A stretch of DNA of 64,000 nucleotides, from positions 352,001 to 416,000 of the forward strand of contig CAVSIV010000006.1 of assembly GCA_963728205.1 (NCBI GenBank), written 5' to 3'. Made by a program: the position numbers and the translations under genes. Below, piece after piece: positions 10,926 through 20,752 of the stretch. Under the pieces are notes generated by a model, which did not search any database, was not told the DNA's origin, and worked only from the letters and a program-made list of their open reading frames with translations. Position 1 is the first letter of the stretch. Every line of letters starts with the position of its first letter. Origin of the DNA: an uncultured Chloroflexia bacterium. GTDB taxonomy: Bacteria; Chloroflexota; Dehalococcoidia; UBA2979.

Positions 10926-10951
10926 GCGTACTGACGAGCCCTTCAGTACGC
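10926..10951. promoter_or_regulatory. Perfect inverted repeat, probable operator
   Basis: GCGTACTGA-N8-TCAGTACGC in intergenic DNA. Confidence 0.5.
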
Positions 10952-11122
10952 GCATCATAGCGCCTCGAAGTGATAACCCGCCATAGCGGATGACGAAATT
11001 GGCGAGGCCGTACGCGATGACCGCGCATCCGGGGCTGGGCGCGCGGGACCGGCCCGCGGTCTTCCCGGCCTCCGCTGCAGGACCATGCGCGCACCGCGCG
11101 GACAGGCATCGGGACGCGCCAG

Positions 11123-11485
11123 CTACGCGCGCTCGACCAGCCGGGCGAGGTCCCCCGGATCGAAGGGCTTGAAGAGCGTGCGCGCCCCGAGCGCCTCGGC
11201 CGCGGCGGCGACCTTGCGCGAGGTCGTCATCGCCACCACCCGCAAGGCCTGGTCTCCGCTGGTCTCGTGCAGCCGACGGAGGTCATCAAGCCCCTCGCCG
11301 CTCGGAGCCGGTAGGTCGAGGAACAGGACGGTCGGGCCGAAGCAGTCGACCTCCGCGCACACGTCCGCCGGCGCCAGCACCGCGCGGACGTGGTGTCCCG
11401 CCTCCTCGAGATCCAGGCGGAGGAGGTCGGCGATGGCCCGGTCGTGCTCGATGATCAGCACGCGCTCGGCGCGCGAGGTCGCCAT
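11123..11485 (-). CDS. Single-domain response regulator receiver
   Basis: RVLIIEHD...LFLDL...VVAMT...LFKPFD. Confidence 0.85.
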   Translation of the reverse strand: MATSRAERVLIIEHDRAIADLLRLDLEEAGHHVRAVLAPADVCAEVDCFGPTVLFLDLPAPSGEGLDDLRRLHETSGDQALRVVAMTTSRKVAAAAEALGARTLFKPFDPGDLARLVERA

Positions 11486-11654
11486 GCCCGTTTCCGTCTT
11501 CCGCCATGACGGCAGTTCGCAGGTGCTCCCCGAGCGGCCGACCCACCGCGCCGGGCGCCCGCAGCATATGCGCTGCGAATCTGCTCCGAGCGCTGCACGG
11601 CCACGCGCCGCCCGTGGGACCGGCACCGACCGGCCTCGCGGCCCGCAGCTCGCC

Positions 11655-12851
11655 TCACGAGTTCGCGGCCTCGAGGTAGCCGTGCACGGCCGCCGCCACT
11701 CGCCCGAAGGTGTCCGGCGCCGCCCACCCGTTGGAGAGGATCGCCAGCACGTACGTGCCGAACGGCGCCCGGACAATCGCGACGTCGTGGGCGGCGCCCG
11801 GGTAGTCGCCGGTCTTGTTTCCGACGACGCTGCCGTCGTCGGAAATGCCGCTGGGGATGCGCGAGCGGATCCGCTGCTGCGCGAGCAGGTCGAACACCTG
11901 GGCGGCCACCGCGGGCGTCGGCTTCCCGCGCGCGATCGCCTCGAGCACGCGCGCCATGTCCGCCGCCGTGGTCGGCAGGGCCGAGTCGTTGACGCGGGTG
12001 TCGGCGGCCCCGAGCGCGCGCAGGTCGCGATCGACGTTGGCCCGGCCCACCACGTCGCCGACAAGGTTGGCGAGCGCGTTGTCGCTCGCGACGGTCATCA
12101 GGCGGATCGCGTCGGCGAGCGGGAGCGTCTCGCCCGCCTGCAGTCCCAGCGGCCCCATGGTGCCGAGGTCCTCGGCGGCGTACGTCGGGCGCAGCACCAC
12201 CTGCCGCGTCGAATCGAGCGTCCCCCGGGCCTGCTGCCACGCCGCCTCGACGAGGAGGGGCAGCTTGAACAGGCTGGCCGCGTAGTAGGTGCGGTCCGCG
12301 TCGACGGCGGCGTAGCGGTCGCTCCCGACGTCGATGGCGACCACGCTGATCTCGCCGGGCTCCCCGGCGATCGCATCGCGGATCGTCGTCTCGAGGGCGG
12401 GGTCTTCAGCGAGCGGGGGCTCGACCTGGACGGGCATCGGCGGTGCCGCGTCAGACACGTATCGGCAGTCGGCGCAGTCCGCTGCGCCCGCGGCGGTCGA
12501 TGCGCCGGGCGGGTCGGACGGGCGGCCCGGCGCGGACGCGGACCGCCTCGCGGGCGCGGGGCCGGCGGTGGATGCGAACGCGAGCGCTCCCGAGGGCGCC
12601 ACCGGAGTCGGCCGGGCAGGCGCCGCATCGGCCCCCGCGCGCGGCGTCGCGGACAGGTCCGTGTGGGACGCGGTGGTGACGGGGCCGCCGGACCCGCACG
12701 CGGCAATCGCGATCGCGAGCGTCGCCGTGACGGCCAGCATCCATCTCCGGAGCACGCGGTGGCACGTCCGCGGCCCCTCGGCGGCGACCCGTCGTGCGAC
12801 CCGGCCGTCGCCCGGGCGGCGCGCGGCGTCCCGCCGACCCGAAGGACTCAC
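11655..12851 (-). CDS. Class A beta-lactamase-family serine hydrolase, lipoprotein (start may be 12740)
   Basis: SLFK (SxxK), SDN and KTG motifs; IAAC lipobox. Confidence 0.88.
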   Translation of the reverse strand: MSPSGRRDAARRPGDGRVARRVAAEGPRTCHRVLRRWMLAVTATLAIAIAACGSGGPVTTASHTDLSATPRAGADAAPARPTPVAPSGALAFASTAGPAPARRSASAPGRPSDPPGASTAAGAADCADCRYVSDAAPPMPVQVEPPLAEDPALETTIRDAIAGEPGEISVVAIDVGSDRYAAVDADRTYYAASLFKLPLLVEAAWQQARGTLDSTRQVVLRPTYAAEDLGTMGPLGLQAGETLPLADAIRLMTVASDNALANLVGDVVGRANVDRDLRALGAADTRVNDSALPTTAADMARVLEAIARGKPTPAVAAQVFDLLAQQRIRSRIPSGISDDGSVVGNKTGDYPGAAHDVAIVRAPFGTYVLAILSNGWAAPDTFGRVAAAVHGYLEAANS

Positions 12852-14056
12852 GTGCCGCTCCCGGCCGGCGTCGCGACGGGAGGCAGTGGGGCCAGCGCGT
12901 GGAGCGCCGTCCGCACCGCGGCGGCCTCCTCGGTGGTGGCCGGCCGTGGCCGGTCCTCGACCGGATCGATGAAGGCGGGGCGCACCGTGAGCGCGGGCGG
13001 CGCGTCGGGCGCGAGCGTGACCACCGCCACCGCGGTCTCGAACGGCGCACGCCCGAGCGTGGCGAGGTCACCTGTGTCGAGGTCGAACACGAAGTTGCCG
13101 AGGCTGTAGAGGATGAGGCCTCCGCGATAGCGCTCCCACGGCTGGAGCACGTGCGGGTGCGCGCCGATCACGAGGTCCGCGCCGGCGTCAATCGCGAGGT
13201 GCGCGAGCGAGCGCTGGCGCTGGCTGGGCACCGCCTGGTACTCGTAGCCGGCGTGGAGCATGACGACGACATAATCCGCTCGGGCCCCCGCGGCGGTGAT
13301 CGCGGCGGCCATCCCATCGGAGGCCGCCGCGACGCCCGGCCCGTCCGCGGTCGCGACGCGCGTCTGCCCGATGTCGTCGAAGCCGAGCATCGCGACGGTT
13401 GCGCCGCGCGCGTGGAGCAGGAGGGGCGCCGCGGCCGCCGCCGCCGAGTCGCCGGCGCCGAACCAGCCGACGCCGACGCGGTCCAGCGCGGCCTCGGTGT
13501 CGGCAAGCCCGGACGCGCCGAAGTCGTAGGAGTGGTTGTTCGCCAGCGTCACCGCGCTGAAGCCGCCGGCGACGAGCGCGTCGGCGAGCGGCGGCGGCGT
13601 GCGGAACGTGTATTCCTTGGCGGCCGGCGTGCCGCGGTCGGTGAACGTGCCCTCGAGGTTGCCGACGACGAGGTCCGCGCCCGCCAGCAGAGCGCGCACG
13701 CGCGCGAACGGATAGTCGACGCCGCGGTCGGCCATGAGCATGGTGACGTCGCGCGCGAACATCAGGTCGCCCACCGCGGCGAGCGTGACCACCGGCGGCG
13801 CGACCGCGGTCGGCGCCGCCGCGACTGCGGCGGTCGCGGGCGTGGTCGCATGCACGATGCCGACGGTCGGCACGCCCGCCCCGTGTCCTTGGAGGGCTGG
13901 GCCGCAGCCGAGGACCACGAGAGCGGCGCCGGCGAGCACGAGCATCGCTGCGTGCCCGCGACGCAGTGGCCAAGGCCACCCGCGGACCCTGGCGGCGGCT
14001 CGCGCGGGCGGCCGGGTCCCGGGGCAGGTGATGGACGGAGGCGTCGCCGCGGTCAC
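12848..14056 (-). CDS. CapA (PGA_cap) family metallophosphoesterase
   Basis: AAVGDLM, GNLEG, LANNHSYDFG, MLHAG, IGAHPHVLQ and YSLGNFVFD motifs. Confidence 0.92.
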   Translation of the reverse strand: MTAATPPSITCPGTRPPARAAARVRGWPWPLRRGHAAMLVLAGAALVVLGCGPALQGHGAGVPTVGIVHATTPATAAVAAAPTAVAPPVVTLAAVGDLMFARDVTMLMADRGVDYPFARVRALLAGADLVVGNLEGTFTDRGTPAAKEYTFRTPPPLADALVAGGFSAVTLANNHSYDFGASGLADTEAALDRVGVGWFGAGDSAAAAAAPLLLHARGATVAMLGFDDIGQTRVATADGPGVAAASDGMAAAITAAGARADYVVVMLHAGYEYQAVPSQRQRSLAHLAIDAGADLVIGAHPHVLQPWERYRGGLILYSLGNFVFDLDTGDLATLGRAPFETAVAVVTLAPDAPPALTVRPAFIDPVEDRPRPATTEEAAAVRTALHALAPLPPVATPAGSGT

Positions 14057-14910
14057 TCCGCGCTGGCCGCGAGCTGCTGCGGCGCGACCCGGTAGACCGA
14101 TCGGCCCAGGTCTTCGTCGACCCACGCTCCGTCGACGCCGCGCCGCCGGGTGGTTCCCACGGTCATGAGCTCGCCACGCCGGACCGGCGCGGTCACGAGG
14201 AGTTGCACGCGCGAGGCGAGGGGGCGCGGGCTCCGCAGCGTCGCCGTCACACCCGCGCCGTCGAGGGCGACCGAGAGCCGCACGGGCCACGGGTGCGGGT
14301 TCGAGAACCGCAGATCGCGGTAGGCGTACTCGATCGTGGCGTCGCGTCCGAGCAGGTAGTACCGCTCGTCGCCGTAGGTATCGACGCTGTGACAGTGCCG
14401 CTCCTCGATGCGCAGGTCGCCGAGCAGCGCGGCGTTGTAGACGACCGTCGAGAGCAGGCAGGTCGACCCGCCAACCTCGCTCACGAGCCGGCCGCCGACG
14501 AGCGCCGCGCCGGGCCGGTACCCGCGTCGGGCGGTCGGCTCGCCGGCGAGCCGCCAGAGCGACCACGTCTCCCCGGGCGCGAGCAGGGTGCCGTCGAGCG
14601 CCGCGCCCATGACCCGCAGGTTGTGGCGCTTGTCGGCGGCGAAGCGCGCCTGCCCGGGGTAGTCGTGGACCGGGAGCCGATACGAGGCGATCTCGTGGGG
14701 CCAGCCGTTCGCGCCGTCGCGCCCCGCGGCGAACCGAACGCCACGGTCGTGCCACCAGCGGCGTGCGACCGCGAGGCGCAGTCGCCAGCGGCGCGGCACC
14801 CATCGTCGCGCGAGCCGGCGAGCGGCGCCCGTCGTCGCGCGGAGACGCGCGATCCCGCCGCGAACGACCGCGCGACGCGTCGAGCCGGCATGCGGCGAGA
14901 TTCGCACCAT
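14053..14910 (-). CDS. VanW-family protein (start uncertain)
   Basis: LDGTLLAPGETWS...GGSTCLLSTVVYNAAL...ERHCHS...GRDATI...DLRFSNP. Confidence 0.88.
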   Translation of the reverse strand: MVRISPHAGSTRRAVVRGGIARLRATTGAARRLARRWVPRRWRLRLAVARRWWHDRGVRFAAGRDGANGWPHEIASYRLPVHDYPGQARFAADKRHNLRVMGAALDGTLLAPGETWSLWRLAGEPTARRGYRPGAALVGGRLVSEVGGSTCLLSTVVYNAALLGDLRIEERHCHSVDTYGDERYYLLGRDATIEYAYRDLRFSNPHPWPVRLSVALDGAGVTATLRSPRPLASRVQLLVTAPVRRGELMTVGTTRRRGVDGAWVDEDLGRSVYRVAPQQLAASAE

Positions 14911-15115
14911 CGGTGGGCGCTCCTGGGCCTCGCCCGCCGCCGCCCCTGGCGGCCGTCGTTGGTCCCCACGTGTCGGGACCGCACTCCTTGGACGCTCGAC
15001 CGGGTCCGGCGGTTCCTGCTGCAAGCGACCGCAGTCGTCGGTCCGGACCAGCGATCCAGCGCACGCGCGCCGGGATATGACGATGACACCGCGATGTGGC
15101 GGCTGGCGCTGCCCG

Positions 15116-15143
15116 CAAATCATGTACGCTGCGGCGTACGTCA
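15116..15143 (-). promoter_or_regulatory. 28-bp motif containing GTAC-N8-GTAC, copy 1
   Basis: 22/28 match to the reverse complement of 16740-16767. Confidence 0.55.
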
Positions 15144-15167
15144 GGGCCGACCAAATCACCCGGAACC

Positions 15168-16712
15168 ATGCCGCCGCTCCTGGATCGCACCCTCATCGAT
15201 GCCGCGCGCGAAGCCATGCGCCGCGCCTACCCGGACCATCCGTGGCGCGAGCCATACCGGGAGGCGGTGGCGTGTGCGTACCAGGCGGGAGATCTCGCGG
15301 CGGTCGCGGAGCTGAGCGTCCTCGCGGCCGCGCACCTCTCCGGCGAGGCGCGCATCGCGGAGGCCATCGCGGAGGTGGAGCACGGGCTGGCGCTCGCCGC
15401 CGGCCATCCGGCGTCGCAGGCCCACCTGCTCCGCGCGCGTTCGAGCCTGGAGCTGTTTGCCGACGACCCCACGGTGGCGCTGCACACGCTCGAGCAGGCC
15501 GCCGCGGTCGACGTTCCGGACCCCGGCGCCCGGGATCGCGCGGACCGCGCGATTCGCGAGGTGATCGCCCGCTGCGTCTGCCTGCGGGCGGTGCGACCGG
15601 AGGAGTTCGACGCCGTGCGGCTGCTCGCCGAAGGCACGGACTTCGACTGGCTCGCGACCGGCCTCAAGCAATGGGTGGCCCCGTACCTGCTGGCATCCGG
15701 CCATCCTCGCGAGGCCGGGCCGTGGGCCGAGTCGCTCACGACCCACGCACGTGCGCGGGGGTCCAGCTGGCGCATGGCGGATGCGGCGGCGCAGGTGCGG
15801 GAGGTGAGCGCGGCGCGCGGCGAGCGCCCCGCGCCGGCGGGTGCCGACCTGCTGCCGGGCGGGACGAACGGTCCGGCAATCTGGGCCACGGCGGCGCTCG
15901 ATCTGCACCAGGCGCTGATCCGCGCGGACGCCGCCGCAGCCGACGAGGCGCTGGGCCGCCTGACCCCGGGGCGGATCCTCGCGCCGCCGGCACTGGGTCA
16001 GCCGCGGCGGGCGTTCGAGGCGCTGGTGGTCGCGCTCGACGGCGGGCGTGCGCCGCCGCTGGAGTGCCCCGAACAGCCGAGCCTCCTCAACCTGAGCAGC
16101 GTGCTTGCCGCCGCGGAAGCCGTCGCCGTCGGCGGCTCGCAGGAGGACGCGGTCCGCTGGACGCGGTGGCTGGACGGACGGCTCCCCGACTCGATTGAGA
16201 GTTGCCCCGACTGGCCGGTGTCCGTGCATCGCATCCGGGCGCTGCTCGCCGCGCGCGCGGGCGACGTCCGCCACGGCGTCGCCCGCATGCGGCTCGCCGT
16301 CGCCTGGGCGGACGCCGCCCGGCAGCCCGTGGAGGCGGCGATCGCGCGGGTGCAGCTCGCCGAGCTGATCGCCGTCGCGCCTCGCGCGATCGCCCGCCGG
16401 CAGTGGCTCACGATCCGCGACGACGGACGGTCCGGGTGCCGGGCGCTGGCGCTGCCATACCCGCTGCACGCGCACATCGCGGCGTCGGCCGCGGCGCTCG
16501 GGCGCTTCGACTGCGAGCGGCCCCAGCTGGCGCCGCGCGAGATCGAGGTGCTGGGGCTGCTCGCGGAAGGCGAGACGTACCAGCGGAGTGCGGCGCGGCT
16601 GGGGCTGAGCTGGCGGACGGTGCAGACGATCGCTCACCGCGCCTACCAGAAGCTCGGCGTCGCAAATAAGACGCAGGCGATTAGCGAGGCGCGCGAGCTG
16701 GGTCTGCTGTGA
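15168..16712 (+). CDS. Large LuxR-family transcriptional regulator (helical N-terminus, C-terminal HTH)
   Basis: LAPREIEVLGLLAEGET...LGLSWRTVQTIAHRAYQKLGVANKTQAISEARELGLL. Confidence 0.85.
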   Translation: MPPLLDRTLIDAAREAMRRAYPDHPWREPYREAVACAYQAGDLAAVAELSVLAAAHLSGEARIAEAIAEVEHGLALAAGHPASQAHLLRARSSLELFADDPTVALHTLEQAAAVDVPDPGARDRADRAIREVIARCVCLRAVRPEEFDAVRLLAEGTDFDWLATGLKQWVAPYLLASGHPREAGPWAESLTTHARARGSSWRMADAAAQVREVSAARGERPAPAGADLLPGGTNGPAIWATAALDLHQALIRADAAAADEALGRLTPGRILAPPALGQPRRAFEALVVALDGGRAPPLECPEQPSLLNLSSVLAAAEAVAVGGSQEDAVRWTRWLDGRLPDSIESCPDWPVSVHRIRALLAARAGDVRHGVARMRLAVAWADAARQPVEAAIARVQLAELIAVAPRAIARRQWLTIRDDGRSGCRALALPYPLHAHIAASAAALGRFDCERPQLAPREIEVLGLLAEGETYQRSAARLGLSWRTVQTIAHRAYQKLGVANKTQAISEARELGLL

Positions 16713-16739
16713 GGCGTTTTCCCGGGTCGCGCTACGCGG

Positions 16740-16767
16740 TGACGTACGACGGCGTGTACAGCATTTG
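16740..16767 (+). promoter_or_regulatory. 28-bp motif containing GTAC-N8-GTAC, copy 2 (inverted)
   Basis: TGACGTACGACGGCGTGTACAGCATTTG. Confidence 0.55.
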
Positions 16768-16939
16768 TTGAACGCGTCGGGCGCCCGGCCACGCACATGA
16801 TTCGAACGATGCGCGGTCGCCCCATGCGCTGCTGGGTGGAGTTGCGCCAGTCCGTGCGAGAGCGCGGCGCGACGATGAGCTGATACCACCCGCGGCGACA
16901 GAAACGGAACTCGATGCGATCGCGCGTCGTCTCACTACC

Positions 16940-17774
16940 GTGACCGCACCGCGATCCCGTCGCGCGTTGCGCATCGCGCTGAGCGTGCTCATCGCGGGCA
17001 CCCTGGGCGCCGCTGTGGGCTGCGGCGCAACCCCGTTCGCGCACCCAGCGGGGCCCGCGAGTCCTCCGGCCCCCACCACGGTCGTGACCGGCGGGGCCGA
17101 CCTCCGGCCGCCGTCCTCCGCCGCGCCCACGCCCAGCGGCTCCGCGACCGCCGCGGCGGCGGTCCTCATCGACTGGGTCAACTTCGTGCAGTTCGGCGGG
17201 ATCCAGTACCTCGCCGTCATCCCGTCCGCGCCCGTGGATCCCACGACCGTCGGCCCACATGTCGCCACAGTTCGCCACCGTGCAGGTCAATATCGCGGGC
17301 GTCGTGACCGACCCGTCATACCGGCCACAGGACGGCGACTCCAGCTTCCTCGACGCGGGCACGCCCGTGTACATGCTTCGCGGCTACGACGCGCGCTTCC
17401 GGCTGGTCGCGCCCCACGGCAGCGGTTGGGTGCTGTACGAGGCCGACCGCAACCCGGCGGCCAGGCGCGGTGAGGACCTGCTCGACATCCGAGGCCGCGT
17501 GGCCGCCGTCGAGCTGGACGCCACCGACGGCCGGCCGCTGACCACGGTCAGCGATCCCTCGCAGATCGAGACGCTCCTCAACCTCGTGCTCGACGCGCCC
17601 GTCGACCAGTCCGAGGCGACCGGGTCGGGGCCGCGCTTCTTCATCGTGTTCCACCTCCAGGACGGGACCGAGGCGTCGCGGGCCTACTGGCCGGAGTCGG
17701 GGCTACTCGAGCGAGGCGTCCACCTGCCGTCGTCGTTTGCCGCCGCGCTCGAGCGGGCGCTGCCGGCGTCGTAG
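16940..17774 (+). CDS. Lipoprotein (frameshift near 17275, at a short duplication)
   Basis: AVGC lipobox; IDWVNFVQFGGIQY continues into YRPQDGDSSFLDAGTPVY; TCGCCAC is duplicated at the junction. Confidence 0.7.
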
Positions 17775-17860
17775 AACGGGTCAGGGGACGGCAACGTCGG
17801 TGCGTGAGATTGCGTGGCTTGCTGATGATGCCGCCGGCGCGCAGGGAGAGGCCTACGAGG

Positions 17861-18574
17861 ATGCATGGATTGCGCGTGGCGTCGGTCGCAGCCGTCGCCG
17901 TTCTCGGGTTCGCCGTGGCGGCCTGCTCGAGCAGCCAGGGTCGGCGGACCGCCGCGACCGCCTCGACCACGGCTCCCGTCGGGACCTCGCCGACGGCGGC
18001 GATCGCCTCGAACTCTCCGACGTCGCCCGCCAGACCGACGGCGTTTCCCACGGCAGCGCCAACTGCCACCGGCTATCCGCACGGGACGACCACCGGCAAC
18101 ACCGTCGTCGACCAGCTCGCGGATGCATTCATCAAGCAAGACATCGCCCGACTCCTTGACCTCGCTCGCTACGAGCAAGCGTCATGTGCCACGACCACGA
18201 CGACTGACTGGAACGGGCCGCCACCACCGTGTCCGACTGGAGTGGTTCCGGGTACCCCCGTGAAGTTCATGACGCTGGTTTCTTGTCATGGGCTCGTACG
18301 TGGGCCCGACGACCTCGCGCTCAGCCTGCGTGTTGTTTCGTCGGACATCCGGCTCTTCGCCGTCGCGAAGGCGGAGGGCGACTCAGATCCACGTGCCGAA
18401 TACCACGTGTTCTTCTCGATGGCCGTGGGGCGTGAAGCCGACAACTGGGGAGTCGAATTCGTGACCGGCGCGGGTGGCTTCATTCATGTCAAGGGCGGAT
18501 GCGGAACCAGTGCATCGCAGATGAGCGCCGGTGTCCCACCAACTGCGTTCCTGCTTCCGCCAAGTCCACAGTGA
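17861..18574 (+). CDS. Lipoprotein with the 4-Cys domain
   Basis: VAAC lipobox, Thr/Pro linker, TGNTVVDQ...SC...PPCPTGVVPGTPV...SCHG...GGCG. Confidence 0.78.
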   Translation: MHGLRVASVAAVAVLGFAVAACSSSQGRRTAATASTTAPVGTSPTAAIASNSPTSPARPTAFPTAAPTATGYPHGTTTGNTVVDQLADAFIKQDIARLLDLARYEQASCATTTTTDWNGPPPPCPTGVVPGTPVKFMTLVSCHGLVRGPDDLALSLRVVSSDIRLFAVAKAEGDSDPRAEYHVFFSMAVGREADNWGVEFVTGAGGFIHVKGGCGTSASQMSAGVPPTAFLLPPSPQ

Positions 18575-19103
18575 CGACCGCGCGGCAGTCGCCCCCAGGG
18601 ATCGGGCGGAGGGAGCGCCCCGCGACCCAGGCGGATCGAATGGCCAGGCCCCGGAAGTGCGGACGACTGTCGCGTTCCGCCGTGATCCCACGACGTCGGC
18701 GTAGAAGCTGGCGTTGAGGGTGCGAGCCGGAATGAATGCCTCGGACATGTGCGGGATCTTCGCGAGGCACGAGTCACCCGGTCAACTCGACGAACGCGAC
18801 CGGAAGCCGCTGCGAGGCACCGACCACGCGTGGACGGCCGCTCGGCTACGCGTCGCCCTGCACGTTCTCGGAGCCGATTGCGCGGGTTACGACTGTCGGT
18901 CCTGAGCTGGAGAAGCTGGTTCACCGATTCTGAATCCGCAGATGCCGTTCTGCTTCAACTGCCCGGCCTTACGGCCGGCATTCCCGATCATCTCAGAGGA
19001 AATAGCGGCGGCGTGCGCCGATCCCCACCCCGGCGGATGCGGTGGTTGGCTGAGCAAGCCACTTGTCGACGATTGCGTCGAAGACGTCGAAACGGCCCGA
19101 CGC

Positions 19104-19607
19104 CTACGGCGACTCCGGGCCCACCTCCTCCTGGCGCACCAGCTCCACGAGCTCGTCGCTGATGCGGAAGCCACGCCGCCGGAGCTCCGCGAGCAGTGGC
19201 GAGACGGCCGGGATCAGCCCGCGGTCGCGAGCCGTGCGCAGCAGGCCGAGCGTGCCGGTCAGGGGCAGCCCCTGCCGGGTCGCGAGATCACGAGCACGGC
19301 CATCGTCGAGCAAGACGATGTCGGCGTCCGCCTCGCGCATCAGCACGATGGCCTCCGCCTCCCCGCGGTCGAGTTCGGGCAGCAGCCCCGCAACGGCGGC
19401 GCGGTCGGCGACTGGCCGGACGGCCGGCCAGCCCGCCGCGATCGCGTCACGCAGGGCGGTGGCGCCGGGGATGTCTGGGCCGGCGCGGAGCACCTCGTCG
19501 CGCACCGCGATCGGCGCGATCACCTCGTCGAAAAGCTGCTTGAGGAGGTCGAGCCGGCCAATCCAGGAGAAGTGGATGAGCGGACCAGCGTCGGAGACCG
19601 CCCTCAC
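19104..19607 (-). CDS. DUF3368 PIN-domain toxin
   Basis: VSDAGPLIH...LDLL..LF...LDRGEAEAI...LLDD...ARDLA...GTLGLL. Confidence 0.9.
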   Translation of the reverse strand: MRAVSDAGPLIHFSWIGRLDLLKQLFDEVIAPIAVRDEVLRAGPDIPGATALRDAIAAGWPAVRPVADRAAVAGLLPELDRGEAEAIVLMREADADIVLLDDGRARDLATRQGLPLTGTLGLLRTARDRGLIPAVSPLLAELRRRGFRISDELVELVRQEEVGPESP

Positions 19608-19897
19608 GCCGAGCCGCGGCGCCGCTGCGCTTCGGCGAGCCCGCGCAGGTCCTGCTGGTAGTCGGCCGCCTCGTAGCGAACCGTGGGGAGCCCCATCTCG
19701 GCCAGCAGCCACTCGAACTCGACGCGCGGAACGCCCGCCAGCTCTGCCGCCTTGCCGATGGAGACCAGGCCCTCGAGGAACAGGTGGATCGCGAGCGCGG
19801 CCTTGACCTGCCCGGCCGTGTCGCGCGCGGCAATCCGCGAGCCCTGGAGCAGGGCGAGCAACTCCTCCGGGACCTCGACCTGCTGCGTGCTCACCAC
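19604..19897 (-). CDS. UPF0175-family antitoxin
   Basis: LAIHLFLEGLVSIGKAAELAGV.R.EF..LL; GTGA overlap with the toxin. Confidence 0.88.
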   Translation of the reverse strand: MVSTQQVEVPEELLALLQGSRIAARDTAGQVKAALAIHLFLEGLVSIGKAAELAGVPRVEFEWLLAEMGLPTVRYEAADYQQDLRGLAEAQRRRGSA

Positions 19898-19999
19898 GTC
19901 ACCTCTCGTCGGTCCGGAAACCAGTGTAGCCGCCAGCCGCCGCCGTGATGGGGCGAGTTCGGCGGCGCGGCCCTCGGAACTCCGTCGCCGATGCAGTGC

Positions 20000-20576
20000 T
20001 GGAGTCCCCGCCGAGCAGTCGAACTGACCGATGGGAAGGGGCGCCACTACCCGGTGATCGCCGACAACGAGGGCCATCTCTTCTTCCGGCCCGCGCCGAT
20101 CGCCTGTGGGGTCTGGGCCGCCGACACCGGCGAGTGCCTGGATGTGACCGCCGCTACGCGATTGGACTTTCCACCCGGACCGGCCGATATCTGGCAGTCG
20201 GCCACGGTGTGCCTGCAATCGCCGTGTCGCGTCACGCTCTTCAGCCTCGACCGGCTCGTCAACCCCGAGCGGGGGGACCGTCACATGCCACGCCAGCCCG
20301 GCTGCGCACCAGTTGGAGGTCGACTTCGCGACGACGGCGTACCGACTCCGCTTCACGTGGGCCGGGCGTCCGGGTGCCGAGCCTCCGCCCTGTTCGGACC
20401 TCGCCTCCGGGACGTTGCCGGCGGGGACGTTGATCGCGATCGGCTTCTCGGGGACGGTCACGGCATTCGATCCGGGCGGCGCGCCACTCCCCGTCGCCGC
20501 CGCCGACCGCGTTCTCTACGTGGGCGGGTTCACGCCCGCGGTCGTGGCGTGCCCCTGCGAGCAATGGGGCGAATGA
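20000..20576 (+). pseudogene. Orphan 3' fragment homologous to the extracellular 'CPC-tail' domain of 49971-51375
   Basis: LTDGKGRHYPVIADNEGHLFFRPAP...DTGECLD...RLRF...LYVGGFTP.VVACPC; no HTH or TM; frameshift at a G6 run near 20271. Confidence 0.75.
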
Positions 20577-20680
20577 CGATCTGCCAGGCGGCGGAAGTCG
20601 AAGACCATGGCGAAGGCGGTAAGGCGGACTGTGGGCTGCCCCGGACGCCGGACGAGCGACCAGCCCCGAATCAGGGGGGC

Positions 20681-20706
20681 GGAACCGCGGGGTCGTCGGA
20701 GGTGTA
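20681..20706 (+). promoter_or_regulatory. ECF-sigma promoter GGAACC-N14-GGTGTA
   Basis: Same elements and spacing as 46281-46308 and 46399-46426. Confidence 0.7.
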
Positions 20707-20752
20707 CTAGCGTTGGATCCCGCCGGACGCGGGCGACGTACGGGAGGCAACC

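Noticed and set aside
12848-15217. 789-aa CapA fusion
   Set aside because: The upstream part is an alternate frame of the VanW gene; a GTGA overlap at 14053-14056 gives the likely start.
18690-19130. Possible DUF4037 5' remnant (MSEAFIPARTLNASFYADVV, minus) and SRAP-like MCGIFAR (plus)
   Set aside because: The matches are too short to support without a database search.
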